NCBI GenBank assembly: GCA_964057225.1
Contig: OZ059897.1
Location: 5,952,001 to 6,016,000 of the forward strand
Reading direction: 5' to 3'
Origin: Auanema rhodensis
Taxonomy: Eukaryota > Animalia > Nematoda
DNA length: 64,000 bases
This document shows positions 1 to 14,614 of the stretch, piece by piece; positions within the stretch are counted from its first letter, which is position 1; each line of letters begins with the position of its first letter. The translations under genes and the position numbers were made by a program. A model generated the notes under the pieces. It did no database searches. It was not told the DNA's origin and saw only the letters and a program-made list of their open reading frames with translations.

Positions 1-2377
1 CTCCTCTAAGTACAAGTTCAATGTACACTCCATACATGGCTTATCAAGCTTATCCATCAGCAATAATTATTAATTCACAGCCGCCGTCACAACCAGTAAT
101 CACCACTTATCGTCAGCCTATCAGGTTAGTTGAAGAATTTATGATTATTATTAAGAAAATAAAAATATTTTGAAAATAATAATAAAAGAGAAAGAGAGAG
201 GGCGAGAGAGAGAGGGAAAGAGAGAAGATTGTACAAAAGAATACTTTATCATGATAAGGGATTCGGAGAAAAAGACCAAAAAGCACTTTTTCGAACAAAC
301 GAACATAAAATCAAAAGATTTATGAGTGCTTTGAAATTGAGAAAAAAAAGAGAATGAAAGAGATATATATAACATAAAATAAAACTAAAATTTCAATATG
401 TTCAAGAAATTTTACAAAAATTTGTTCATTTTCATTGGTATTGCATCATATTTCAGTTATCGGGTGGTGCAACCTTCCTACAGCTATATTTCACCATCAA
501 CATCCGCATCTGCTTCATACCAATCACCATACTATCAAAGTTTGTTAACAATAAAAAGCTAATGTTATAGCTTTGGAAAAGAATTTGAATGTGTGGGAGT
601 TAGCGAAATGATTATCATGAATAGAGAGAGAGAGAAAGATAGATAGAAGGGACTAAAAGAAAGAAATGTACACGTGACATCAACGAGGGCCCAACTTCAA
701 CATCTAGAAGATTTTACTTGTAATACGTTAGTTTGATATGTTTATTCAGATAATTATCAACCGTATTATCACCAACCAGCTAGATCCCCATATAAGATGA
801 GTTATCAAGAATTAGCCAAACGATATGAAAGTACTTCTGCTATATCTAATCCTAATACAGCTGGCTATCAGACATCTCCATATGGTTTCTACATGCAATC
901 TAATTTTTTTGTTTCATTTTTCTATTTAAGATTCTCAGTATAGTGTGCAATCTCAAAATCCGGATAATGGTATGGGATTGATTACACATGCGCCCTTAGG
1001 CAAGCTTTTCCCAGTGAATATTTCTTAGAAAAGTACATGGTGATTTTCAGCCAGAGCTCGAAATAATCTCAAAAATGAGCCAACTCAGAGAGAATTACAG
1101 CTATTGGAAAGAAGTATGTTTGTAGAAAAAAAAAGTTCAAAAATTAAACATTCATACAACTTTAGTGTCTAAGCAGCATCACCTAGAAATGGAAAAAGCT
1201 TCAAGAGCTGGGACATCTGAGGACGAGCATGCTTCCAAAGACAAATTATTAACAACTCCTGATTTTGAAGAACGTATTTTTCACTAATTTATACATATAT
1301 AGTTATATATTTTGAAATATATTATTATGGAGACAGAAAAAAAAATATTTATCATACCATTATCAGGATCATTGATAATTGCACGTACTATAGATTTTGA
1401 AATAGTCAAGCCATCTATCGCTCGATCAAAATGAACTGAGTAGATTTAGAGAGAACGAGAAGTATACCTTTACAACTATCTCACTAGACTACTAGTTTTT
1501 TTTTGATTTCAATTTTGATTTCAATATATTCGATAGAAATGCAGCGGAAACCAAAGAATTTTCAGAAAAATTCTATTTTTTTTAGAAGATAAAGAGGAAA
1601 AACATAGTAATCTGAAAGCAGATAATTCAGATTTGTAAGGGTTTTTTTGAAAAAAAAAATATTTTTCAGGGTTCAGATTCTGATCCAAAGGAAGATGATC
1701 ATAAAATCAAAAAAACAGAAAGTTCATCCGCAACAAATGAAATGAAACAGGCGAAATCTAAAAATGTACTCAATTTACCCTTTTAAGTTTTAAAAAACTT
1801 TTTTTTTAATTTGAAATAACATTTTTTTATCAAATATTTTATTTTTTTTCTGAACAAAAATTATGAAAACTGGAATGAAATTGTTGTGCCCTTAACTATA
1901 TGTTTCAGATTGATGATCTTGATATAGATTTGGACTATCCAGAGAAAGGAGGGTTAGTTATAGATATACATACTCTATATGTACTTTAATAGATCTTTCA
2001 TTTAATTTTTAAGAAAAGAACCTGAATTGCCTCCTTCTGTTACTGGAGAACATGAAGCTGATATGCATATGAGAACAACAACACAAAAAGATGAAACCGT
2101 AATAAACCAGATGAATATCATACTTAAATGAAAAGTTTTTCAGATTCATGAAAGCGAATTTGTACCAATTGGTAAAGATAGTCATCCATCTAAATCTTCA
2201 CCAGTTGAAGAAACTAAGCTAAATCCAAATGTTATTGAAGATATAAAGGTATAATTCAAAATTCAAATAGTACTAGAATATGATTTTCTTCAGAAAAAGT
2301 TGAAAGAAAAGGATTTAATGGAACAGAATGAAAAGGATAAATTTCTTCAAAACTTGAAAAAGACTGAAGTTCCTTAA
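1..2377 (+). CDS. 5'-truncated multi-exon gene; S/Y/P/Q-rich N-terminal part and E/K/D-rich C-terminal part; function unknown
   Basis: The exons I joined stay in frame: PLSTSSMYTPYMAYQAYPS...; SYRVVQPSYSYISP... (from 458); ...KKLKEKDLMEQNEKDKFLQNLKKTEVP*, with TAA at 2375-2377. Includes a GC-AG intron (1000-1050) and AAG acceptors (930, 2013). Not every middle exon was checked. Confidence 0.7.
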
Positions 2378-3497
2378 GTTCATAATGATCATAAAGAAAA
2401 TATAATTTCGTTTACCAAATTGTGGATTTGATATCCGCGTTGTACATGATTCTGAGTTTTGATAACCAGTACCAATAACATTCAAATATTAAAAAATATT
2501 ATTTTTGAATCAAAAAACTGGCACAAGAAGTTACTAGTCTTCATATCAGCTTCAACCATCAATGTTAAAGTTTGAAGTTTTGTTTGAGTATAATAACCTG
2601 TTCAGGTTTCTTTGTGTTTAAAGTTATTTTAATCATTTTTAAAATAAATTAAAAGATTTTCTTTATTATTAAAATAATATTATGTTGTATTCATCATTTA
2701 TTTCAAAAATAAAATTATTAAATGTTATGTTGTTTTCTAGTTTTTACATTAGAAGATGAAGACACTTGATTTACTATATGTGTTTTCTGACGATTTGGAA
2801 AGAAAAACTATTTTTAAAAGTTCATTTCAAGATTTGTTTGATAAGAACATTATAAAAGAGCACAAAAGTTTGATATTAGCAATTAGAAATTAAGTTTATT
2901 ATAAATAAAGTATATTCTTCCTTTTTGATTACAAGAAAAACAAGTTTTTACATTGGCCTTGCCCTTTACTCAGTCAACTCCCTATTTTCTATTTTTTGTT
3001 GTAAAAATGAAATATATACTAAGTATGTATATACAAGATTTATTTATACATATATATAGTTAGTTAACTATATGTAATTTCATTCATTTTCATTTATGAA
3101 AACTATATTTTTTCAATTTGAATCATTGAATTAGAAGTTCCATGTCCAGCCTCATTTAAACCTTCATCTTTTCTCTTGATGTCTCATGATCAAATACATC
3201 TGCATTTATATATAAATATATTTAATTTCAAATGAAACAATGAAATTTCTTTGAATTATACTTGATTTTTGAATTTCTTTCTTTAGATACTTCTCCCTCT
3301 TCACTCTTTCCACACCAGTGGTCAAGGGCAGAATTGCCACTCCCTTGCCCATATAGTATTTTATTTTATTTTATTGTAAACCTGTATATTGGCTATTTCC
3401 CTTTCTGTTAGTTCATCAATTGTATTTCAAACTTTTAATTTTCTCTGAAAACTTTAAAAGAAATTTTCTGATTTCTTTTGTAATTTTTCAGGTTAAT

Positions 3498-5238
3498 ATG
3501 GGAACAAGTCTCATCCTTGCCACAATATGCTTAAGCATATTACAAGTTGCATCTCTTGACATTACTAATAATGATGATATAACTAAGCTTCTAGAAGAAA
3601 CTATGCCAAAAGGTTTAAAACATGCTCAATATCTTTTTATTTTATTTTATAAATCTTAAGTTTGTACAAAAGATGGTCATACTTACCAAGTTGGTGAAGA
3701 ATTTCAAATAAACAGACTTCGATACAAATGCCATTCTTATGGTGTTTACTCAATAGAAGGTAATTCAAATATTCTGAATTTTTAAATATTTTTCTATAAT
3801 TAACTTTTAGGCTGTGTATCATCAGCAGGCACAAAATTGTCAAAAGATGAAAGCAAACTTGAAAATAATATTTTGACTCAATGTTTAACTGCAGGAAATA
3901 CATTATTCTTCAGAGAAACTGTAAGAATATTGATAAATAACTATTAAAAAAGTTTTATTTATAGTCTTGTGGTACTGATGGAATGATTTCTTGTGACAAA
4001 GTGCCAAAGCCAGAAGGTTTTGAGAAGAAGCTGAGAACAGTTGTTGAGAATGGCTTTGCCCAGGAACAAGAAAGGGTAACATACTGATGAACTTCGATTT
4101 AGAATAACGTTTTAACTATTAAGAGTAAACTACTTGATAATCCTAAGGGATGGAGAGTTGTTGACGAGGGACAGAAGAAATTGCCCGGAAAGAATGGTAC
4201 ATTCATCTTCCGAACCTTGATGTTTGACGGCATTCAGAGGTTTGTTCCTAATATTATTCGTGCGAATATTGAATTACTCTTTGATTTCAGTCGTCGTGCT
4301 CGTCGTGATTCTCAAAATGAAAACGTGGATTTGAGCAATATGAAGCTTGGTCACGGTATTGGTCGAGTCATTGGCATGGAAGATGTTGGTACAGACAAGC
4401 CACAAATGCCAATGGCATTATTCACGCAGTTGACTACTAAAAACAGTAAAGCTCACACTGTAAATGAAAAAGCATATGATGGTGAACAAGATATTCTTCT
4501 TCTAGGAATCTGGTCCAGGAAAACTGACATCAGATGGAGTAGCAGCACCAGGAAATGTCCAACATGCCCCAGTCAGTCCAAATATGTTTGGTGTAGCACC
4601 TCCACGAAGTGATATGCATGGATCTGTTACTCCTAATACAGTTGGTGTTGCTTCTCCAAGAAGTAGCTTACACGAAGGAGGCATGATGGGAGAATCAGCC
4701 CCGAAGAGTGGGCGAGTTATTTCCGTTCAAACAGTAACTGCTTCAACAAATCTTCAAGCACCATGTTCTAAATGCATGTGAGAAAATTTTTATATTGTCC
4801 TGTGAAATTTTCAAAAAAAAACATATAAGAGAGCTCAGTGAGCATACAGCTTAAAGCTTGAATATTCCTCAGTTTAAAAACGTTTCTAATGATATATGAA
4901 TAATATAGTTTATGAGATGATTTATTGTCAATTTCAGGAATAATGGAAATGTTGTTACAGGAATAACAGATTTAAAAGCTACATCACCAATTGTATCAGC
5001 TGGAGTTCTTAAGGTATGTAAGAAAATACATATAATTAATCAAAAAACAATCAATAATTTCATAAATACAATAAATAAAATTTAATTTCAGCCTGGTACT
5101 GTTAGAGGACATAGAAACTCAGTAAATTGGGATGGAAAAACAGTTAAAATGGAAGACAAAACATTGGCTACTGGAACAGGAAAATTCGTGTTTGGTCGTG
5201 ATGCAACTGGACAATCTTTCCTCAAGAAAGATGATTGA
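3498..5238 (+). CDS. Secreted Cys-rich nematode protein (MIG-18-like fibronectin type I-like repeats), with a furin-type site and 18-aa repeats
   Basis: TTTTTCAG acceptor 6 nt before the ATG. Signal peptide MGTSLILATICLSILQVAS. VCTKDGHTYQVGEEF...RYKC...IEGC...C...C spacing is typical of nematode Fn1-like repeats. Contains RRARR. Ends ...GRDATGQSFLKKDD* (TGA 5236-5238). About 10 exons. Confidence 0.75.
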
Positions 5239-5797
5239 ATCTCAAAACTCAGGATATAAATATTGTGTATGATATTGAATGATAAAAACATATTTTGGAT
5301 GTTTAAAACATAATTTGAATAAAATATACGTAAACTATGTTAACTATAATATGAATTTGATAGTTAATGATGAAAATATTCTTAAATTCTTTTTTAAAAA
5401 TGAAATATAATTCATAAATCTATCTATAAGTGAGAAATATAGAGAAGCAACATGAAGAGTAAAGAAAAAAAAAGAAAGAGAAATTGAAAGAGAGAGAGAA
5501 GAGAAAAAAGTAAAAAGAGTATGGAAAAGTGAGAGATTCGAAGTATATGCTGAAGACTGTATAACACACATCCGTTGCGCGAAATCTTGAGTTAGCAAAT
5601 TCTTGTGTTGTAAAGATAAACTGTCTTTGTGCTCTCATACCTTCATTTCTCAAAAGCATAATGAAAATCTGAGAGAACACAAGTTAGAGAATATAGGATC
5701 ACGGAGCAAGGGGGGTGGATATGAAGGTGAAACAGGAAAGAGCCGATCGGAGAAATCAGTTGCTTCTCAATCTGTGTGACAGACTTCTACCGACAAC

Positions 5798-7460
5798 ATG
5801 GTGAGTATCTAAGCTCTTCCTAATTAACTTTACTTCAAAGATATAATACATTTTAATTTAATAAATGAAGTATCATAGATTTTAATTAATATATAATTTT
5901 TTAAATTTTATTTTACGTATACTATTCATATAAATTTTTCAGGGAGATATTGTTGCTGATGCATTGGAACAGCTCACTGCTGATCAAATTGAGCGTAAGT
6001 TTCAACCTTTTTCTATTAAATTTTATGAAAATTAATTTATTTTCTTAATTTAATAAATATTATTTTAGAGTTCCGTAAATATTTCAATATGTTTGATAAG
6101 GAACAAAAGGGTTACATTCGTGCCACACAGGTAAAGCTGTTTAATATTATTTCTTTAAAATTGTTTTTTTTAAATTCATATTTCAAGTTGTTATAATATT
6201 GTTTGAATAAATTCAATATACTTATCCCTTAGGTAGGACAAATCCTTCGTACCATGGGACAAGCATTCGAAGAACGTGATTTGAAACAACTCATCAAGGA
6301 ATTCGATACTGATGGTTAGCTGATACAACTCATACAGAAAACTAGTATATATGAGTTTTTAGGTTCTGGAGAAATTGAATTTGAAGAATTTGCTGCTATG
6401 GTTGCCAACTTCGTTGTTGCTGCCGAAGACAATGAGGGTTTGGAAGAGGAATTGAGAGAAGCTTTCCGTCTTTACGATAAAGAGGTAAAAATTTGGAGAA
6501 ACTTTGCGTTCAGCTTAAAACTTAGAAGCAACCTAGACCCATACATTCAAATATGTTCCAATTATCTTTATTGAGTTTAAAACAACAGAAAATGCATTTA
6601 TTCTCTTGTAAATGAACAATCAATGAACTGTGAAGGATTTTCAGCAAAGAACTGTATAGGATTTGTTGATATTCTTCTATTTGCTCTCGAGATCCTTCAC
6701 GACGATTTTCCCTGTACCTCTTCGTCTTCATTATTGGCGCCCCCACAGATCATTCCCGACGTACTAAAGACGCATGAATATCAAGAGGATATAGAGATAT
6801 AGAGAAACAGTGAGAGAAATACCGAATGAGAGACAAAGCTTGATGTGCCGAAATGAGAGGCACAAAGCGGCCGATAATGCCATTTTCTGGAGAGTTCTGA
6901 CTGCCATCGACAACACAAATCTAGATTACGCCAGTCTGTCCGTTCCATACTCTCACAGTCACTGTGAGGGTCTGTGCAAATGAACAGCGAATTACGATGA
7001 AAATGTTGCATTTTTCTTGAAATTATGTGATTGGATAATGAAAAAACATCGATTCTCGTTTATATTTTGGAGAAAAAATGAACGAAAATAAGCTATGACG
7101 AGGTATTCATTGTTCATTCAGATTTTTGTAAAAAAAACGGAGTGTTATGTTACTGTTTTGAAAGAAGAGTAAGGGGGGGGGGGTAAGGAAAGTAAAGAAA
7201 GAAAAATTTTTTTGAATATAAAGAACATCAAAATCAAAAAAATATTTTAGGGTAACGGATACATTAATGTATCTGATCTTCGTGATATCCTAAGAGCTTT
7301 GGATGACAATGTCAGTGAAGATGAGTTGGATGAGATGATTGCTGAAATCGATCAGGACGGTTCTGGAACTGTTGATTTCGATGGTGAGTTTGTTGCAAAT
7401 ATTCAACAAAGAAAATTTATTATTGTTTCAGAATTCATGGAGATGATGTCTGGAGAATAA
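5798..7460 (+). CDS. tnc-2: Troponin C, TNC-2 type
   Basis: ATG-only first coding exon (5798-5800, followed by gtgagt). Spliced product [83 protein letters not shown]...[20 protein letters not shown] closely matches C. elegans TNC-2 as I recall it, not PAT-10. Confidence 0.95.
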
Positions 7461-10025
7461 TGAGAATCGTGGTGTTATTACTTTGTATAAAATACTATTT
7501 CGATTTAAAAACAGAATCTTATGAGATTTTTTGTGTTCTTTCTCCATTTTCTGTCTTCATTTTGAACCAATAAACTTAAGCTGCTTTCTTCCACATTTTT
7601 ACAAACAAACATCTAATCAAACATCAATCTGCAACATTTTTGAATATTTTCTCATACCAGTTCATTCTGAGAATTTATTTTATCCCTATCTCTCTCTATC
7701 TTTATCTCTCTATTTTTCTCTTTGTTTCAGAAAAAAATTAGAAAAGTCATGTTAACTCATAAAGGAAGAACACAAACAAATAATAGTTAGCATCGTATAT
7801 ACTATGTATACCTTCGCTAGTTATAATAAAGAATATATTTTTTAGATTATTATTCGAATTATAAACAACAAAAAATAAAATAAAAACAATGAATATATCT
7901 ATTCATGTAGTAACCAAATGTATTTTTTATTTAGAAACTTTGATTTATGTCACATTTCTTGTTACTAACGTTGTCTCAACAAGTAGGCCACAAACGGTTT
8001 TTGATGATTAGTTTCAAAAGCAACAAATGTAAATTCAGGACTTGCAAATAGAGCAACTTGCTTCAGTTTTCTTCATCTTTTCCATCATGGCTTGAAGCTT
8101 TGAAAGACCAAATTTCATGAATAAATATCTCAAAATTAAAGTTCAATTACATGTACATTCGTAGCATGTCTGTAATTCGTTAAATTAAAATAGAATAAAT
8201 TTATTTTTCAAATATAAAAATTACTAGCAATACATTGAATAGTTAAAATAAATATTATAAACACCTAATTATAAAAAAGTGCTAAAAGTCACATTTGAAT
8301 GAACTTTCCTTTGTAGTTTATACATCCATCTGTCTTTATTAACTATATGTGCTATATGCTATATGATACATGGTATATACATGTATATATATTTATCATT
8401 ATATATATGCATATATACAATTATTTTTTATTAAATATAATAAATATATTTAATTGTATAATCAATACCACCATTAGCACATGTGCTTCACGTGACAATC
8501 TACGTGAAATTAGCATGTAATAATCATTTTTTGACACATGAGTGCTATGTACGGTTGTTTTTTTTTTCATCTTCTTCTTATTATTATTATTATATTTTTG
8601 TTTTATTTACTATTTTTAATGTCTTTTCCTCATATTTCACAGAATAAAAATTCTTTTTCTTTATCACACTTTCATCCATGAAAGGTGTTCAATTTTATTT
8701 TATTTTTCTGCCCTAAACCACATCTATCCGCACTCTGATGTATCTCGTTTGTTATAACTCCGCCCACTAAACGGCTTGTTGCCCTCAACATCAGAACATA
8801 AAGTTCCAACTGTCATGACATAGCCAGAAACTATATATCATTTGTTGTATTGTATTTTTTTTATTTTTTTTTACCTTATTTTTGTTGTTTTTTTTTCTCT
8901 CAGCTTTACAGCTTACTCTGTTTCTTTTGTCACCTGATTCTCCTGTTTGGCCATTAAGCATTTCTCTTAAGTGATTGTGTAATTCATTATTTTCGACAAG
9001 GATGTTATATCTATTTTCAAGACAAAAAAAAAGAATTTTTTCTGTAATCGATTATATACTTACGCTACTAACCAATTTGCAATCCCAAAAAAAGTAGAAA
9101 AATATTTTTTCTTTTCCCATCATCTACATATACGCCAATTCAGTTGTCATATTGGACCTGATATTCTGTGGTTTGTCTCTTATTTTCTTCTTTTTCTTTT
9201 GTTTGAATTGTTTTCTTTTTCTAAGAAGACATTCGATATGTTTCTGGTGACAAAGTCATATCTCTAACTAAATGTGACAAATGAATTGTTTTAAGCGTGA
9301 TTTCATATATAGCGTCTTGTTTGTTGTTGTTTTTATTTTTTTTTTGGTTGAAACTATGGAATCTAATTCTGTCTCTCCCATCTCGTTTACTGCCGCCTAT
9401 TGCGCTGGCAAGTGGTCCTCCTTTTTCTTCAACGTCGTCTTGTTCGATCTTTCTTCCTCTCTCTCTTCCTTTCTCCCTCAATCTATCTATTCAATTCGCA
9501 CTTCATTACTCATAGCACCTTAAAATTTTCCTTTTTGTTTCTTTTAAACATGAGTATAATATTATTGGTTACATACAACATCTTCTATTAAAATTTGAAT
9601 AAATGTCAATCTTTTTCTTATATTATTCTCTGTTTCTACTTTTTTTTACTCAAATAAATAAGTGAGATAACATTTAAAATGCATGACCTATATAAAAACC
9701 TTCTAAGCACCTTTCCACTCAAAATCCTTCTCAGCATATTGGAACTAATAAATTCGTTCTGCTGCTATGATCGTCATCATGCTTGAATGACTGGACAAAA
9801 AATCTTTTCTAACATTTGTAATAGCCATTCGATGCTGTACTTAGTCAAGAGTTAGTTCCCTAGGGAAAGTGTAATGATTGCTTTTCCGCCTTTTCCCTTT
9901 ATACAAACTTATTTATTTTGATTATATTTATAAATATTTATACAAGATTATGCTTGATTATTGTTTGGTTGTTGATTGTAGTCGTCTCCAAATATAATAC
10001 AACAACCTACATATTTAGATCTAGG

Positions 10026-13000
10026 ATGGAATCATTTCGGGAATCAGAATTACGTGAAGTCTTCAAAGAATTTGACAAAAATGGTGATGGACGAATCACG
10101 CGTGAAGAATTAGAGGTTTCCATACATTCACTTGCTATTTTCAAGCTAACCACAATTGTTTATTATAGGTTGCTTTGATGCAATTAGGAGAAAAGCCATC
10201 AAGACCAAAAGTCGAAGCTATGATTCAGCAAGCAGATACGGACGGTATAGTTATCTTTTTCTTTTCTGGCCTCCTGATGTGAAACAAGTGTTATCGAAAA
10301 GCTTTTTCCTTGAACATCAAGAGTACTTTGAAGCATTTTCTGTCAAATTTCTGCTAGAAAAACATGATTTTTTCTTTCCAAAATGCTCTCAATAATGGAA
10401 ACGGAAATGATGCGACGAATTGTGGCAAACTGCCAAACGATTGGGGAGGGAGTCATATTGTGTAGAATGATAGAATTCAAGAGCAAGAAGATAATGATAG
10501 TTCAAGTTCAAGAGGAAGAACATGAAGACAGATTTGAATTTCATGAAGTCTTGACTAAGAATCAGCCAAAACAGTTTGAACTTTCAGTATATCTAGATCA
10601 TATATAGTTTATAAATGCTTTGGCTTAATTATATATTTTTATACTAATTATAATAACTATAAAATTAATATTTCTGTTTAAAATAGTTCTTCAGCTATGT
10701 GGCAATAGCTTTTTGTCTTTCCACAGAATGAAAATGACAAATTTATAAATGCACTTTTCCATTTCAGAGCTTATTCAGCTTTTACCTCATTCTTATTCTT
10801 TTACATTTATTCTTGCCATCCATTTTCACTCTATTTTCTTCGTTCATTTAGTTATTCTTCCAGCTTTATTCTAATGTTCATCATTTTCAATTTTTTCTTC
10901 ATCTTTTTCTATTTATTTTTCAAATATTTTGAGAGAAAAAAATGATAAACGAGGTTCAATTAAATGTCAGTCATTTAATAGACAGAAGAGAAAAAAAAAA
11001 GAAATGAGAGAACATTGGATATATAGAGTTATTGAGAATTGTTAACGAATGAATTCATCTCTACTATCATATATCACGGTTCAGAACACAACACATTTAT
11101 ACAATTGCTCATAAATTTTTTATTAAATTTAAGTTTAAAAATGGAATTTTAAACAAGAAAAAAAGCATAATGATGTTATATGAGACACGTGTGATGTTTA
11201 TGAATCGCCATATTCGCAAATCACGATTACTTGATCAACGGACATGATAATGAGATGCAACCGCTTTGAACGCAAACAAATTTCAGAAATGATGTAGTTA
11301 GGCATGATTGACGTGATCCACGTGAGAGTTAAATGTATATTACAACTCAAAGAAGATGGATCGAATACACACATATGTATGTATACATGGTATATGGTAG
11401 ATGGATTAATTTTATAATTATACCAAATATGTTCATGTCTCAAGGCTATTTTCTGATTTTGTAAGAGAATATTTGTATGAATTTGATGTATTTTGAGATC
11501 ATAATCTACGCATCAAAAGGAACAGCAGCATCATAGCAAATGTCTGTGTTCAGTTCTTAGTTTGCACAAATCCTTGATTGTCTCTTGACATGACATGTAA
11601 ATGAATTTAATCCTCTTGGCTATTATACTCATTTTTTCTCGTTACTTTTTATAATTTCCGTTTCATTTTTTTGTCTATTCAAACATTTTTGCAATTCAGA
11701 ACTCAATTTTCATGACTTTCTGGTTGGCATTTTCAATTTTCCTTGCTAATTCCTTGATCCTATATTCATTTATCTCAAAATTTAGTTTGGTATATCAAAC
11801 TTCTAACTAAGCAAGTACAGCTAGCCAGACTGCATTACATCTTCTCTCATAAGCAAATTTTTGTCGTATTTGAGGGACTAAAATGAAAACAAAACAGAAA
11901 AAAAGATAATTTCATGAAAGCATAACAGCATTTGCTGCTAATTTTTTCACAGCCACAGATAGGATTGATGGTGTAGAGTAGAAATGACTTGCATTTTCTT
12001 AACTCAATTGGACCAATAGAACTACAATATATTATTGAGCATAGTTTCAGCTTGTTCTGAATTCTAATTTTCGGTCAGACAGAAAGGCGTGAGAAGAACG
12101 TGAGAGGAAGGAAGGGACGGAGAAAATGTTGAAAATGAACATGAACTGGATTGCAGACTAATACAAATTTCATTATAGCTCTGATTCTCATGGGAGTTGT
12201 CGATATTCAATCAAAGCAAAAGAGGTACCATGAATGATCAATCTTCATATACTAAGAAAGCTAACATTCTTCTTGGTTTCTTAAAAAGAAAGAACACAAG
12301 TAGAAGCTATATAGAAGGAGATGCTTCTTGTTATTCTGGTGTTTTCAATTCCTTTTTCCGTTTTGGGTTAGTCAGGGAACAAATGAACCCAGCGAAAGAA
12401 AGGAATGTTATCCATAGCGGAAAGTTTGAAGCCCACCCATTAGAGATCTGCAAACTGCACTTCATTTAGTATTCCAATTGACCATTCAATTCATTATACA
12501 AACATTACTGAATTTTTTTCAACAAAAAATACACAACAACTATTAGAACAAGCTTTGAAGAAAGATAGTACATTGAAGATATTTATGTATGAAAGAGTGT
12601 TTGAGAGCAGAAGCCCTATTGCTATTTCATTAAACAAACCCAAGAACTAAAAGAACTAATCGATTATTCTGATGATTTTAAATAATAATTTATTCAATAT
12701 GTATATATTTACTATAAATATACAGACACATGTAAATAGAAAACTAAAGTATATTCCATGTAAATTCATTTCCTTCGTCTTTCTTCAATTCTATATCAGT
12801 CATGATTTCCTTTGGGGATTTTTTGCTTAACCAAAAGATTCACGTGAATCAAAATTGTAAAAATGTCACTATAACCATATGTCATATTTCAATATAAAAT
12901 AAATGTATATATATATATAGTTTATAGATATGGCATTCAAGCTCAAAATATACATAAGTGTAGCTTGTATTGTTAGATGAATTCGTTTAACTTATAACAT

Positions 13001-14410
13001 TTTGAATTTTGAAATTGATTTTCAAGTTGCTTATAAATCACACATCCTCTATTATTCAAGTGTAACGCTTGAAAATGGATATTTGAGGAAAAGCATTTGC
13101 AGCTGCACGAGTTTCAAGTTGCTTATACCATAATACCTTGATAACAACATTATTCTGAAATATTTTAAAGTCATATCCAATAACCAGTTTAAATAAAAAA
13201 AATATAAAATTATATATAGTATATGTATATCAACTCGTATAGAAAGGTACATATGATGTACATGAATTCATATAATATCTACACATATACATACATGTAT
13301 ATACGTGCATAGTATATATAATATTTTTCTGGATGAATGAATACATATAGCTAAGTCATGTGGCAAAACTTTATAATATAAAATATTCTCTTAAGATTAT
13401 AAAAATAGGTAATACTTACTGAGGCGAGGTGAAACAATTAGCTGATCCCCCTTCCCCTTCCTTCCATCTTATGGCTTTGACATTAAACTCTAATCCACTA
13501 GCCTTTTCAATGCATTTTCGTGAAAGTGTGCTAACAAAAATATGTTCAGTTTGATAAAATTGAATAAATTTTCATTTTCTTTAGGCAACGGCTGGATTGA
13601 TATTGACGAATTTCTTAACGTTCTCAGAAAACAATTTGTTGATCCAAAAGAAGAAAAGGAACTTCGACAGGTTTTCAATGTAAGTATGGCTGAAACCTTT
13701 TAATCTCTATAGAAGCTTTATAATTCATTAAATACTAACAACCATTATCTGAAAGAAAGAAGTTTTGAGCAACAAAATAGAAATCAAAAAAAGATTTATG
13801 TCCAGTTAGCACGCTATTTGTGAGAGAAGAGCTGGACATGCGTCACGTTTTCCGGAATAATAAATAGCCTGGTACTTTTTGTCTAAATCAAGAAAACAGT
13901 TCAGAACTAGTATAACTGAAAGAACTTTACGAATTGAAAATAATGTTTTTTAAAAAGAAGGGTAACGGCTTTTGCTATTCAGCAGAAAAGCAACAAGTTA
14001 AATCCATTAGAAAAAAGTCTTTGTAGAGGTCATACAAAGTTTAAAAATTTATAAATTTACAATGCAAATATGTTTATTTTAGGTTTTTGATAAGAATCAG
14101 GATGGACTTATATCATTAGATGATTTAGTTTACGTCATGATGTCGTTAGGAGAAAAGCTAACAGAATCAGAAGCAAAAGCTATGATCAAGGAAGGAGATC
14201 TGGATCACGATGGTATGATTGACTTCCAAGGTCAGTATTTAGAAAACGTTAGATCATCATAAGGCTACTTAAGCTAAAGCTTTTGCTCTTTGTAAACAAT
14301 TATGAACATCTTAAGTCTAGTTTTAACCATAGTTTAGCTTTAACTATACATGCAATCATCTATTCCTTTTCATTTTAGAATTCATAATGCTGATCAAGAA
14401 TCAAACATAA
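10026..14410 (+). CDS. Calmodulin-like four-EF-hand protein (cal family)
   Basis: MESFRESELREVFKEFDKNGDGRITREELE|VALMQLGEKPSRPKVEAMIQQADTD|GNGWIDIDEFL...LRQVFN|VFDKNQDGLISLDDL...DLDHDGMIDFQ|EFIMLIKNQT*. Has a 3.3-kb intron (~10245-13584). An upstream exon cannot be excluded. Confidence 0.88.
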
Positions 14411-14614
14411 GGATGCATTAGTGCTGGTATTCAGATATGAATTGAATATCATTTCATAACATACATATGTTGTTTGTGTTAATCAAATTATATATTGAAA
14501 AATCTATGTTTTGTATAAATTAAGACAAAAAAAAGAAAAAAAAAACAATTTTATCATTTCTTCGTTCTTATTAATATCATATAAAATTGAAGATTTATGT
14601 ATTCATTCTAATAA

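Noticed and set aside
8035-8961. Possible tiny spliced minus-strand gene (exon-like pieces near 8961-8934, 8169-8151 and 8097-8035)
   Set aside because: Splice sites are plausible, but three different frames give three short unrelated peptides and none can be supported.
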